Assembly (NCBI GenBank): GCA_965205505.1
Contig: CBDBHB010000008.1
Coordinates: forward strand, 1,056,001-1,120,000
Length of the DNA: 64,000 bases
DNA from: Acidobacteriota bacterium
GTDB lineage: Bacteria > Acidobacteriota > UBA890 > WLXD01
Direction of reading: 5' to 3'
A model generated the notes under the pieces. The model was not told the origin of the DNA. It did not search any database and worked only from the letters and a program-made list of their open reading frames with translations. Below are positions 29,485-38,662 of this stretch, in pieces. The position numbers were made by a program, and so were the translations under genes. Positions within the stretch are counted from its first letter, which is position 1, and each line of letters starts with the position of its first letter.

Positions 29485-29918
29485 CGCTTCTCCTCCGCTG
29501 TGGCTTCGCGCCAGGCGCTCGTGATCGAGTCGCCCTGTTCAATCTCTTGCTTCTTCAGTTTGTTCTTGGTCTTCGTGAACCCGCACGCCAACCACACCGT
29601 CTGGTGATCTCGAAAGCCCAGCGCCCGGAGGTGGGGAGGCGTGGAGCCCGGTTTGGTCACCTTCAGTTCGTGCAAGCGATGTTTGGATGTCGGTATGGTC
29701 TCCCAACGACCGGCAGGCGGACGTGCGGACCGGAAAGAGGTCTCTAGCACCTTGCAGGCGGCCAAGAACTGCCCGGTACCTTTCTCGCCCAGTTCGGTGT
29801 CATGCCAGTCTTTCGCAGGCATCGAACCGTTTGGCAAGCGCATCGCTCTCACGGTGAGCCAGTCCCCATCGAAGAGAACATCGTCGTCTGGCTCTCCGAT
29901 CCCGGATACTTTAGCCAT
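29481..29918 (-). CDS. RelE/HigB (Gp49-like) toxin
   Basis: NGSMPAKDW...LHELK...RALGF...LACGFTKTKNKLKKQEIE. Confidence 0.7.
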   Translation of the reverse strand: MAKVSGIGEPDDDVLFDGDWLTVRAMRLPNGSMPAKDWHDTELGEKGTGQFLAACKVLETSFRSARPPAGRWETIPTSKHRLHELKVTKPGSTPPHLRALGFRDHQTVWLACGFTKTKNKLKKQEIEQGDSITSAWREATAEEKR

Positions 29919-30015
29919 AGATTAAGTCCCAAATCAAGGCGAGAATACCATTCCCCTCGTGCTGCTAGCGCAATCGGACGACCCCTTAGGCGACATCGGA
30001 CGTTACCTCGGCGAC

Positions 30016-30132
30016 ATGGAAGACGATGAGGAATCGGGGGTCTCCGAACCGTACTCGTTGCAGCAGTGTGCCGAGGCCCTTTCTATGCCGTTGGAGCGCC
30101 TGCAGTAATGGGTGGCGGCGATTCACCGGAAG
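30016..30132 (+). pseudogene. McrB-like GTPase fragment
   Basis: EPYSLQQCAEALSMPLERLQ*WVAAIHRK resembles the segment before the McrB Walker A motif. Confidence 0.4.
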
Positions 30133-30456
30133 CCAGGGGCCGCGCCCCCCGTGTCATTCACGCTTGCCCTCTCCTGTGGTTGACTTCGCTAGCAAAAAGA
30201 AATCGTTCCTCGCTCTAGCAACGGTGACGTGCTGGTGCGGTTGCGGATGCGATACAGGGAACCGGTCGCTCCTCTTGCCAGCCCACTTCCAAGCACCAGC
30301 GACTCTTCTGTACGACATGAGGAATGCTCTCCCTCCGGGTTGCCGGTCAATGACTTGCTCCGACCTCTGATCCCTGTAACGGCCCGACGGATTCCTTGCC
30401 ACGGGCGATGCCTCAGGGCTCTATCTCTTGAGCTTCGCGGCAGGTTCGATGGTTTG

Positions 30457-31380
30457 CTAATCGTCAGCGGGCGAAGCCATCGCCGAGCTCTCCCGCAGCT
30501 GGATCCATTCGTTGCGGAGCTCTCGGAGCGGCGTCCCGTCGAGCCGAGGGACACGCCACGCCTGCCAGCCGTCGCAGGCTACGACGTTCGCAGCTTCCTT
30601 CGCAGCACGGGACGGCGATGAGAAGCTTCTGCCGGCCTCCAGCTCGATGGAACCGTTTCTTAGAACGGTGGCGGTGTAGGACTCGCCCAGTCGTGGGCGG
30701 TCCCATCGAAGCTGCTCTCCCACTTCGATGAGAACTGCATCCAGTAGATCCGCCATCCGGACGCGTCTTCCTCTAATCTTTAAGTGTGCAACACCCTGCT
30801 CCGCAGCGGCGGCCCCGAGTTCGGGCTCGTAATCACTGCCCACGTCAAGGAAGCGTCTGCCCGCCCGGTCCTCGTAGATCGCGACGGTAATCACCTCAAC
30901 GGGCACGCCGTTCTCGCGCAGGAAATCCAGCGCCGATTCTGTGCGTCCATGAAAGTCCCCGGCCACAAGGACAAGGCTGGGAGTCTTACTCAGCGTCAAT
31001 GGGGTAGCGGACTCAGTGAATTCCTGCCAGTCCGTGAAGAAAGCTTTCGGGCCACCCTGATATAGGTCCGACAACTCGTCGAGACTCGTGGTCCGCGCCC
31101 AGCCTGCGTACTCCAGACATTGGGCGAGTTGTCGTCGATCGAGATCCCGCTTGACCTCGATCACGACTACGTCTGCCTTCTGGTTGAGCGCAACGACGTC
31201 CGGGCGACCGCCGTTCGTGAGACTGGCCTGTCGAGCCACCGGAAACAGTGTGTCGCCGGTGAACTCATCGAGGTTCGCCCAGAGAAGGTCCTCGATCAGG
31301 CTCTCGTACAGTTCACGCCCGCCGCGCAGCTGCCGGAACGGCACGAGCTCCTTGTTATTGTCGATCTCAAACAGCGGCAT
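30457..31380 (-). CDS. NucS-like PD-(D/E)xK nuclease with a C-terminal RAMA-like modified-DNA reader domain
   Basis: PDVVAL...VVIEVKR...QCLEYAGW; C-terminal MADLLDA...ATVLRNGSIEL...FSSPSRAA...DGWQAWRV. Confidence 0.75.
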   Translation of the reverse strand: MPLFEIDNNKELVPFRQLRGGRELYESLIEDLLWANLDEFTGDTLFPVARQASLTNGGRPDVVALNQKADVVVIEVKRDLDRRQLAQCLEYAGWARTTSLDELSDLYQGGPKAFFTDWQEFTESATPLTLSKTPSLVLVAGDFHGRTESALDFLRENGVPVEVITVAIYEDRAGRRFLDVGSDYEPELGAAAAEQGVAHLKIRGRRVRMADLLDAVLIEVGEQLRWDRPRLGESYTATVLRNGSIELEAGRSFSSPSRAAKEAANVVACDGWQAWRVPRLDGTPLRELRNEWIQLRESSAMASPADD

Positions 31381-31998
31381 GGCGAACCTGTTGTTCGGAG
31401 TGGCTGGGCACGCAATGATCTGTACCGGGGGTTTCGAGAGGCCATCTTAGTTGACTCGGGTGGTGAGGTTCGGACCTGTGTCACGGCCCTCCACGTAAGT
31501 TCTCGGCGATCCTGAGGCCTCCGTTGCCGCACGTCGTCACTCGTGAGCTGACACGGGCATCGTTCGCCAGCCCGGAGCATACGTCTCGCTGGGGGCAGCG
31601 CGGCGCCGACCCTAGAGCACCCCACGGAGGGGCTGCAACGCGATCCACCCGGCGCGAGGCCCCGCCATCGTGCTGATTGAACTGGCTCAGCGACCGGCGG
31701 GCACCCACGAGGCTCCGTAGAGCGTTTCTAACGGCCGGCAAGGGCAGTGCCTGGGCCATCCATGCAGAGAACGCACAGGCCCGACGTTGAGCACCGGTCT
31801 GGCACCGGAGGTGGCCGGTGAGCCCACGGCAGAGACAGTTTCTAGCGGCAGGTCCGATGCGCTGGGAGCAACCTCCGCCCGGCGGCGCCGCTCTTGTTAC
31901 CTCAGTGTTACCTAACGAGCCATTCGGCCTCCGAACAAACGGACAGGGGATTCGGCTTCGTTCGCCAAATCCCCTTTCATATCAACGGCTTGCGGAAA

Positions 31999-32057
31999 GT
32001 GCCCAAGGAGGGACTTGAACCCCCACGGGCCGAAGCCCACCAGGTCCTGAACCTAGT
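31999..32057 (-). other. 3' fragment of tRNA-Leu(CAG), att-like
   Basis: Reverse complement CTAGGTTCAGGACCTGGTGGGCTTCGGCCCGTGGGGGTTCAAGTCCCTCCTTGGGCAC; 5' acceptor strand and D arm absent. Confidence 0.8.
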
Positions 32058-32720
32058 GGGCGGGTGCGGGCGGTGCCCTGTCGGTGTCTCAACGACTGCG
32101 TGCGCGGAACGCACACTCAATGACCTGGTCACCCGTCTGGCACCGGAGACGGTCGGCAGGCTTGTTGTGGGGGGCCCGTCGGTCTCCAACGCCCGGCCTG
32201 TGGCTCCAGGGTTGCGGCCACAGCAGGGCGTTGGCGGCCCCGCAGCCGTGCTACGGCGGAGTCTAGGTGTGTGCATTCGTGTAACTACCGTGGAGCTAGA
32301 TCGCCCGTGGACCGAACGAGAGTTCGAGGGGGGGGAGTCCGACTGGGACCCTTGCGCTCCGGCTGCCGGGACGGCGAGGTTTCACGGGGTCCCGTAGCCC
32401 CAACCAGCTCGGGGAAGCGAGGGTTGCCTACACCAGCCGCCACCTGCTCGCTGAGCAGGACGGCGGCTCCGAGGACAACAATCAACACCCAGAGGGCAGA
32501 CACCACGGATCCGCGGCGTGACTCCGGACAGGCTCTTCGGCACGGTGTGGACTCCTGGACTCGCGTTAGAAGCGAGGCTGGACCCTTTGCGGCACACCAC
32601 GGCAAGCTGTGGACCCCGGTGCCGTTGCAAGAAGCGTGTATTTTAGTGAGTCTGGACCCCCAAGAGGACCCCCATAACCATTCTTGGCTCTAGATGTCAT
32701 GCTAAATTATTGAAGACAAA

Positions 32721-32773
32721 GAGCCGGCGCGCGGATTTGAACCGCGGACCTGCTGATTACGAATCAGCTGCTC
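32721..32773 (-). other. 3' fragment of tRNA-Thr(CGT), att-like
   Basis: Reverse complement GAGCAGCTGATTCGTAATCAGCAGGTCCGCGGTTCAAATCCGCGCGCCGGCTC; 5' end absent. Confidence 0.8.
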
Positions 32774-32944
32774 CCGATCGGCACCGTGGGGCCTCCTTCT
32801 TCTTCTCGATCTAGGATGTGCGGACTGCCGCATCGTTAGATCGCTGTCAGCTACTGGGTCCGAGACGCTCTTAGTTATCCCTTTCTATAAAATTAGGTCC
32901 ATTGCTAATGTTATCCAAAGAGCTAACTGAGTATGGTTTCTTCG

Positions 32945-33002
32945 AAGCTCCACCGAGCGGCTCGGCGATCTCGTAGGGGCCTAGTTTGGTGCCGGGTTCC
33001 AT
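32945..33002 (-). pseudogene. Ser/Thr kinase extreme N-terminal fragment
   Basis: MEPGTKLGPYEIAEPLGG. Confidence 0.7.
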
Positions 33003-33033
33003 GGCGTTACCACAGTGGCGTGAATCGTCTCGC

Positions 33034-34287
33034 TCAGAAGGTTTCCTGCTTGAGCTTGAACATATCGGTGAGCTCCGGGCTGCGATCGTCGCCCACGACA
33101 CGGTGGGCGGCGTACTCGCCCATCATGATGCCGTGCTTGTAGCCGTGGCCTGAGCCACCGCCGACGATCCAGACGTTGTCGAGCTCGGGGTGGCGGTCGA
33201 CGATGAAATGGTTGTCGATGCTGTACTCGGTTTGGCACACGCGCGACTCGAGCACCGGCTGGTCGGCAAGAGCCGGGAAGGTGCGCGTCACGAACCGGCG
33301 GGTCTGCTCGATCTCCTCGGCGGTGACGATCCGTTCGCCGGTGTCCGGATCGAACGGGACGTTGTCGAAATAGGGCGCCACCTTCCAGCCGCGGCCCTCG
33401 ATGCTCGGGAAGCCGTAGACGAGCGGCATCCCCCAGGTCGGACAGTTGGGGTAGAGAAACCGGTCATCGTCGCTCGGCACCCCGTACCAGAAGGTGATCC
33501 GCCGCGGGGTGCGCAGCTTCTTCTTCATCACGGAGGGAAACACTTTGGGAAGCCACGGACCGCACGCGAACACGAAGGTGTCAGCCGACACCGACTCGCG
33601 GGTCGAGAGATCGAGCTCCAGCAGCTTGCCTCCGGCTCGCCTACCGAGCTCTGCCCTGGCGGTAGTCAGGGTGCCACCTCCACGTTCGAAGGCGCTGGCA
33701 ACGGCGAAGCAGGCCCGACGCGCCATGAGGACACCGGTGCTGGGGACGTAGAACCCGAACTCGAAGTCCTCGTGATTGAACTGAGGAAAGCGTCGCGACA
33801 GCTCGTCGTGCGGAATCACTTCGTTGTCGATCCCATGGCTGTCGAACACGCTCTTGGAGGCTCGCAGGTACTCGGACCATTGGGGCGCGAGCGTGAGCTG
33901 ACCCGTACGGTAAAAGAGTGGCAACCCGCCCCACTCTCTCTGACGCGCTTCCCACCGGTCGAACGCCTGCATGACCCACCGAGTGTAGATCTCGCGCTCG
34001 CCATACTGGGCGCGGATCTGCCGGGTTTCCCCGCCCGAGGCCGCGCGGGCGTTGCCGGCGCCGTAGGCGTCGATAAGCGTGACCCGGTGCCCCATCTCGC
34101 GCAGGTAAAGCGCCGTCCAGCCGCCGAACGCTCCTGCCCCGATAACCGCTACGTCCGCCGTCGATGTGGCCGCCGACCCGGACGCCTGCACTGGGGTGGC
34201 CGCTGCCTGCGGCGGTCTTGCGCCGCCCAATGCCAGAGCACCAGCCCCGGTCAGCTTGAGGAACGTGCGTCGATCATGTCGTGACAT
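33034..34287 (-). CDS. Tat-exported FAD-dependent oxidoreductase (sarcosine oxidase-like)
   Basis: DRRTFLK signal; DVAVIGAGAFGG, ASGGETRQIR, GGGSGHGYKHG. Confidence 0.85.
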   Translation of the reverse strand: MSRHDRRTFLKLTGAGALALGGARPPQAAATPVQASGSAATSTADVAVIGAGAFGGWTALYLREMGHRVTLIDAYGAGNARAASGGETRQIRAQYGEREIYTRWVMQAFDRWEARQREWGGLPLFYRTGQLTLAPQWSEYLRASKSVFDSHGIDNEVIPHDELSRRFPQFNHEDFEFGFYVPSTGVLMARRACFAVASAFERGGGTLTTARAELGRRAGGKLLELDLSTRESVSADTFVFACGPWLPKVFPSVMKKKLRTPRRITFWYGVPSDDDRFLYPNCPTWGMPLVYGFPSIEGRGWKVAPYFDNVPFDPDTGERIVTAEEIEQTRRFVTRTFPALADQPVLESRVCQTEYSIDNHFIVDRHPELDNVWIVGGGSGHGYKHGIMMGEYAAHRVVGDDRSPELTDMFKLKQETF

Positions 34288-34315
34288 GGCGCCCTCCGCG
34301 GTTGGCGATGATGGC

Positions 34316-34402
34316 CTCGCGTGCCCGGTACACCTCGCCCATGCCGCCAGCGCCGAGCTGCTCGACGACTTCGTAGGGGCCTAGTCGAGTGCCAGGGTCC
34401 AT
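34316..34402 (-). pseudogene. Ser/Thr kinase N-terminal fragment
   Basis: MDPGTRLGPYEVVEQLGAGGMGEVYRARE. Confidence 0.8.
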
Positions 34403-34490
34403 GGCGCTACCACAAGGGGTGGGTGAGCGCCTGAAGACTACAGCTGGGGGACGCGAGGGTCCACGGGTGGGACCGCAATGGATGCCTCTC

Positions 34491-34595
34491 AGCGCCCTTC
34501 TAACGTTCACGGGCACACAGCCCGCCCAAGTGCCGAGGCTGCCGACGGCTCGTAGCCGGGCGTTCTTGGAGCCTCTAAGAAGGCACATGACTGGT
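34491..34595 (+). repeat. ~105-bp dispersed direct repeat, copy A
   Basis: AGCGCCCTTCTAACGT...GAGGCTG...CGTAGC...CTAAG...ATGACTGGT; aligns with 36342-36445. Confidence 0.7.
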
Positions 34596-34717
34596 ACCAC
34601 AGAACGCCTAGCGCCACACACACGTCTCTATCCCGCCACGGTCTGGCAACGGGCTAATCGCACGCAAATCACCCCCCGACAGGCCCTCGCTTTCCCCACA
34701 CGGCGGCAGCAGTCTGT

Positions 34718-34803
34718 CCGGGCGGACCCTCTGCTACCAGGCCGGGAGTCTCACAGTCAGTTTTCGATCGTCACCAATGGATCAGTTTGCATCGGCGCTA
34801 GCA
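34718..34803 (-). mobile_element. IS21-like terminal repeat, copy 2 (inverted)
   Basis: Reverse complement TGCTAGCGCCGATGCAAACTGATCCATTGGTGACGATCGAAAACTGACTGTGAGACTC. Confidence 0.65.
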
Positions 34804-34952
34804 ACCTCAACGAGACCCAGCCATGATGGGTTGACAGACGGTCATTGAAATCGAGTTTCAGTCAGGAACGCCTTGTCTGCATCTGAGAGTTTCTGAAGAA
34901 TGAGAACAAGCTGGACAAGGTTAGTCACGTTCTAGTCAATGCTCGGGTCGTC

Positions 34953-36200
34953 ATGCCATCAGCTCATATCGCACGACGCCGATATCTAGCTGCACTGGTC
35001 CTGTGCGGGCTGGTCCTGACGACAGCCAGGGCTGAGGCGCGCACCCACTTCACCGTTCTCGAGGACGGCTCGATCCAGGTCGAGATCTACGCCTACGTGT
35101 GGGGGCCCGGCGCATCGCCGGAGCTGGCGGCGCGCTGGAAGCGCGCCATGGACGAGTTCTGGAATAAGCTGGCCGCCCTGCATTCGTGCCGTCCCATACG
35201 CTTTGTCTCATACGTCCAGTACACGGAGGCAGGGTCCGATATCGAGCTGCCGCCCGAAGATATGCTGGGCAACCTGGTTGCCGGTCTCGCGACGCCGGAG
35301 GGCTGGGACACTATCTACGTTCCCGACGCCAGCGACGCCGACTATCGCGCAAACGTCTTGCCGTTTGGCTACAGCCTGCTGTACGGCTGGCAGCACGACG
35401 AGTGGGACGACGACAACTTCGTCGACGACAACTTCGTCGACGACAACTACGGTTGGATGCCCAACGGGATCGACGACGACGTGGTCGCGCACGAGGGTGG
35501 CCACCTACTTGGTTTGGCGGATCGCTATACGGATCGGATCGACGCCGACGGCAACACGGTGTCGGTCCCCGATCGCGGCTGGGAAAATACAATCATGGCC
35601 GATCGGGACGTGGCGATGGGGAATCCGAAGCATGCCGAGGCCTTCGACGAGATGATCCGCGAAGCCGAGGAGCAGCTCGGAATCGACATCCCGGCCTGCC
35701 TGCGCTTCACCATCGAGCTCGAGGCGACGCAGTTCGATATGCCCAACCGCTGCACCGTCGACGAGCTGGACGTCAACCTCGGCGTGAGCATCGGTGCCGA
35801 CAGCGGCTACACGCACGGCTCGGGCACGATGCGGTGGCGCGAGCGCAGGCGCTGCGAGGGGACCTACCTCGACCACCACTCAACGATCAATCCAGTGATC
35901 GTCATGGTCGAGACCGAGCTGCAGCAAGCCGGCGGACGATCCGGCTACGTGGTGCGGCTTGTCTCCCAAGACGAGACTAGTACGAGGCTGACCAGCGGCC
36001 AGACCGCGCAAGTCCAGGGTACGCTCAATGGCTTCCTCGCTGCCTGTCCGCTGCCGCAACTCGGCGGCACGCTCGCCGAGTTCTTCTATACCGACCGCAT
36101 AGAGGACGGCGCATCCTATCGTTGCACAATCAACTTGGACCGGCGGAGCTTCCGAGCGGAGGGTAGCGCCACACTGTGGGTGTGGATGGACCGCCATTAA
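34953..36200 (+). CDS. Secreted zinc metallopeptidase-like protein
   Basis: Signal peptide; AHEGGHLLGLADRY...NTIM (metzincin-like); 15-bp tandem repeat at 35409-35448. Confidence 0.7.
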   Translation: MPSAHIARRRYLAALVLCGLVLTTARAEARTHFTVLEDGSIQVEIYAYVWGPGASPELAARWKRAMDEFWNKLAALHSCRPIRFVSYVQYTEAGSDIELPPEDMLGNLVAGLATPEGWDTIYVPDASDADYRANVLPFGYSLLYGWQHDEWDDDNFVDDNFVDDNYGWMPNGIDDDVVAHEGGHLLGLADRYTDRIDADGNTVSVPDRGWENTIMADRDVAMGNPKHAEAFDEMIREAEEQLGIDIPACLRFTIELEATQFDMPNRCTVDELDVNLGVSIGADSGYTHGSGTMRWRERRRCEGTYLDHHSTINPVIVMVETELQQAGGRSGYVVRLVSQDETSTRLTSGQTAQVQGTLNGFLAACPLPQLGGTLAEFFYTDRIEDGASYRCTINLDRRSFRAEGSATLWVWMDRH

Positions 36201-36341
36201 GGGCGTTGGTCCATGGCTCGGAGCTGAGGCCAGACCCGCCTCGTACTCAGGCCAATTTCGGAAGCCCAGATCGAGACTTGTCAGGTCGCTCAAATCGTTC
36301 TCTGACGAAAGCCCCCTGCCGGGATTCATCGCGGCCCCCCC

Positions 36342-36445
36342 AGCGCCCTTCTAACGTCCAAGGCGCACAACTCCCGAACCCGTGGAGGCTGTCGGCGGCC
36401 CGTAGCGGGGCCTTCTCGGGCCTCCTAAGCAGACATATGATTGGT
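36342..36445 (+). repeat. ~105-bp dispersed direct repeat, copy B
   Basis: Aligns with 34491-34595. Confidence 0.7.
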
Positions 36446-36515
36446 GTCTGCTCTGGCATCGCGGACGGGGGGAATCGAAGGTCGCTGAGTGGCTCGCGAG
36501 ACTCGGCTGGTAACG

Positions 36516-36634
36516 CTACGGGTCCGTAGGCACGAGCCGCTTCAGCTCGTCGAACCGGTTGGTAACCAGCGTCACATGGCCGCCGGTGGTCTGGCGCACT
36601 GGCTAGTGCCGGGGGAACGACACGAAACGCTGAC
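36516..36634 (-). pseudogene. C-terminal tail fragment of a kinase-TolB protein
   Basis: QRF...HVTLVTNRFDELKRLVPTDP* (compare the NWFEELKRLVP consensus). Confidence 0.65.
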
Positions 36635-37110
36635 AACGACTATCGCACGGTCCCCAAGAGACCCAAGTTTCGCGGGTCGCCGCCAGTCCTAGCGGGAGGC
36701 GAGCCCCAGCATAGCGACCCGCATGCCTGAGCCTAGTCCGACGGGCTCGGTGCGACCTGACACAGGCTGACACCGTGGTCTTCGGAGCCTTGAAGCGCGG
36801 CCGCGCTCCTTCGCGAACTCGTTCGCGTCGCAGACAAGCGCCTGGGGCTCGGGGGGTTGGGAGTCCTGCCCAAGGCGCAGGTTTCCTTCCTCCTGCACGT
36901 CCGTGCCCACTTCCAGTTATAAAAAGTGCTGTGCTGCCATCATTGTCATCAAAGAATAATGTCAGTAATGAAAGATAGTTTACACACCTTAAAAGACACT
37001 ATTACGTTGTCTAAGTTATGTAACCACGCAAGACATCAGAAACGCGGCACCTGCAACAGTTCGGCCTGTAGCAGATTCTCGCAACGCAACACTCGAAGGA
37101 GGAAGGCATC

Positions 37111-38247
37111 GTGAGACGGATTACGTCCCTTGTTACCGCAGCTTCGGTGTTGTTGCTCGCCACAGCGACCATAGCCGACCATTTAGTCGTGCCGGGCATA
37201 AGCATCAAACAGCTCGACGAGGCAGACTTCCATACCCTGTTCCCTAGCAGCCCTATTTGTGCGCTGGGAGTTCTTCTACTCCCCGGCTTCGAACTCAGTA
37301 ACCCTGATGACACATTGTATACGGACGGTGATACAGTCGCCCGAATCCAGTCGGCTGTGTATGAAGGTACGGGGGCTGCTGCTGGCCTCTTCGCCTATGC
37401 GTACCAGAGCGATTGCACCGGTGGGAATGTGGCACCCTACACCGTCGAGTTCCCACTCGCCGGCGCGACCCTGCATGCAACGAGCGGTGGTCTGAGTACC
37501 GAGCCCCTCACCTACATATCCACCCATTTCAATTCGCCGGTGCCCTTTGAGCCCCTCCCACGCACCCTCTTCACCGGCAACCTTGCCAACTTCAACCTGT
37601 CGGAGTTTGGTGGGTCTTACGGGATCGGCGGCGACACCGCGGCTGGATGGACGGACGCCAGACAGGTGGGCGATTTGGTTGAGGGCATCTCGACAACTGA
37701 TAACTTCTGGTCTAGCTCGATCCTTCTTTTCGTGACCGACCGGCCGCCGGTCGTCAGCCACGCCACGGTGACCGCTGGCATAGCCGCCGGCCAGCCCAAT
37801 ACGGTGGCCGCGTGCCTGCCCCAGCCGGGAGTCGGGCCCGCACCGGGTCTGCCTCCAGGTGACATCATCGTCGAGCCGACAGATGAGATAGGCGAGGTAA
37901 CAAGCGTCAAAGTTGACATAAAGCCCGGCAGCGACCCGAATGCCCTCAACACCAAGCGCCGCGGTCAGCTGCCCATCGGTATCTACGGCTCCGCCACCTT
38001 CGATGTGCGCGAGATAGATCTTTCCACTCTCATGGTTGAGTGCATGGGCAGCACTTCAGTCGGTATTCGCTTCGCGTTTGAGGATCTGGTCGTAGAAGAC
38101 GGGTTCCTTGATCTGATCCTTCACGTTCCAGTGGAGTCCTTCCCATGGGGCGCGCCCAGAGGCGCGCTGGTTACTCTCACGGTATCGGGCCTCCTCTATG
38201 ATGGAACGCCGTTCGTCGGAGAAGATGTCGTAATGGTCGTCAAATAG
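37111..38247 (+). CDS. Secreted hypothetical protein with a C-terminal DIKPGSDPN domain
   Basis: Signal peptide; VDIKPGSDPNALN...IYGSATFDV...DGFLDLILH...DGTPFVGED; AT-rich upstream region; GGAGG RBS. Confidence 0.7.
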   Translation: MRRITSLVTAASVLLLATATIADHLVVPGISIKQLDEADFHTLFPSSPICALGVLLLPGFELSNPDDTLYTDGDTVARIQSAVYEGTGAAAGLFAYAYQSDCTGGNVAPYTVEFPLAGATLHATSGGLSTEPLTYISTHFNSPVPFEPLPRTLFTGNLANFNLSEFGGSYGIGGDTAAGWTDARQVGDLVEGISTTDNFWSSSILLFVTDRPPVVSHATVTAGIAAGQPNTVAACLPQPGVGPAPGLPPGDIIVEPTDEIGEVTSVKVDIKPGSDPNALNTKRRGQLPIGIYGSATFDVREIDLSTLMVECMGSTSVGIRFAFEDLVVEDGFLDLILHVPVESFPWGAPRGALVTLTVSGLLYDGTPFVGEDVVMVVK

Positions 38248-38306
38248 AGATGGCGGCCTCGACGAGCTCGAGGCGATTCCGGGTTCGCTCCTCTGCCGGG
38301 CAGCTC

Positions 38307-38450
38307 TATCGGGAAGACAATCGCCAGGATCTTGTCGGCAACGCTACGGCCTCCCATTGCCAGCCAGACCGCCAGGCACACGAGCACGTTGCAGAGAATA
38401 CCGCGACCTAACTAACGCGGCGACGAACGAGAGTGCCGCCGACCCGCGAG
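38307..38450 (-). pseudogene. Formate/nitrite transporter fragment
   Basis: GILCNVLVCLAVWLAMGGRSVADKILAIVFPI. Confidence 0.7.
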
Positions 38451-38662
38451 CGGCGAGTACAGCCCTGAGCTTCTCGGAAGACACGTTGCGTCGACGCCGG
38501 AGGCACACGGAGTGTCTTCGTCCCATGTCGCCCGGCACCGGAACGATGTAGGCTCGTCTTGGCTCGAGCACCGCGGACCGGACGCCTACGGTCGATGAGG
38601 CTCGGGATCGGAGTGAGCCCAACGCGGAGGCCGCTCCTGCTTCGGATGGCAAGAGAGGATCG

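Noticed and set aside
34491-34595. Integron attC interpretation of the 105-bp repeat
   Set aside because: It has a YYYAAC-like start but no matching GTTRRRY end or long palindrome, and no IntI is present.
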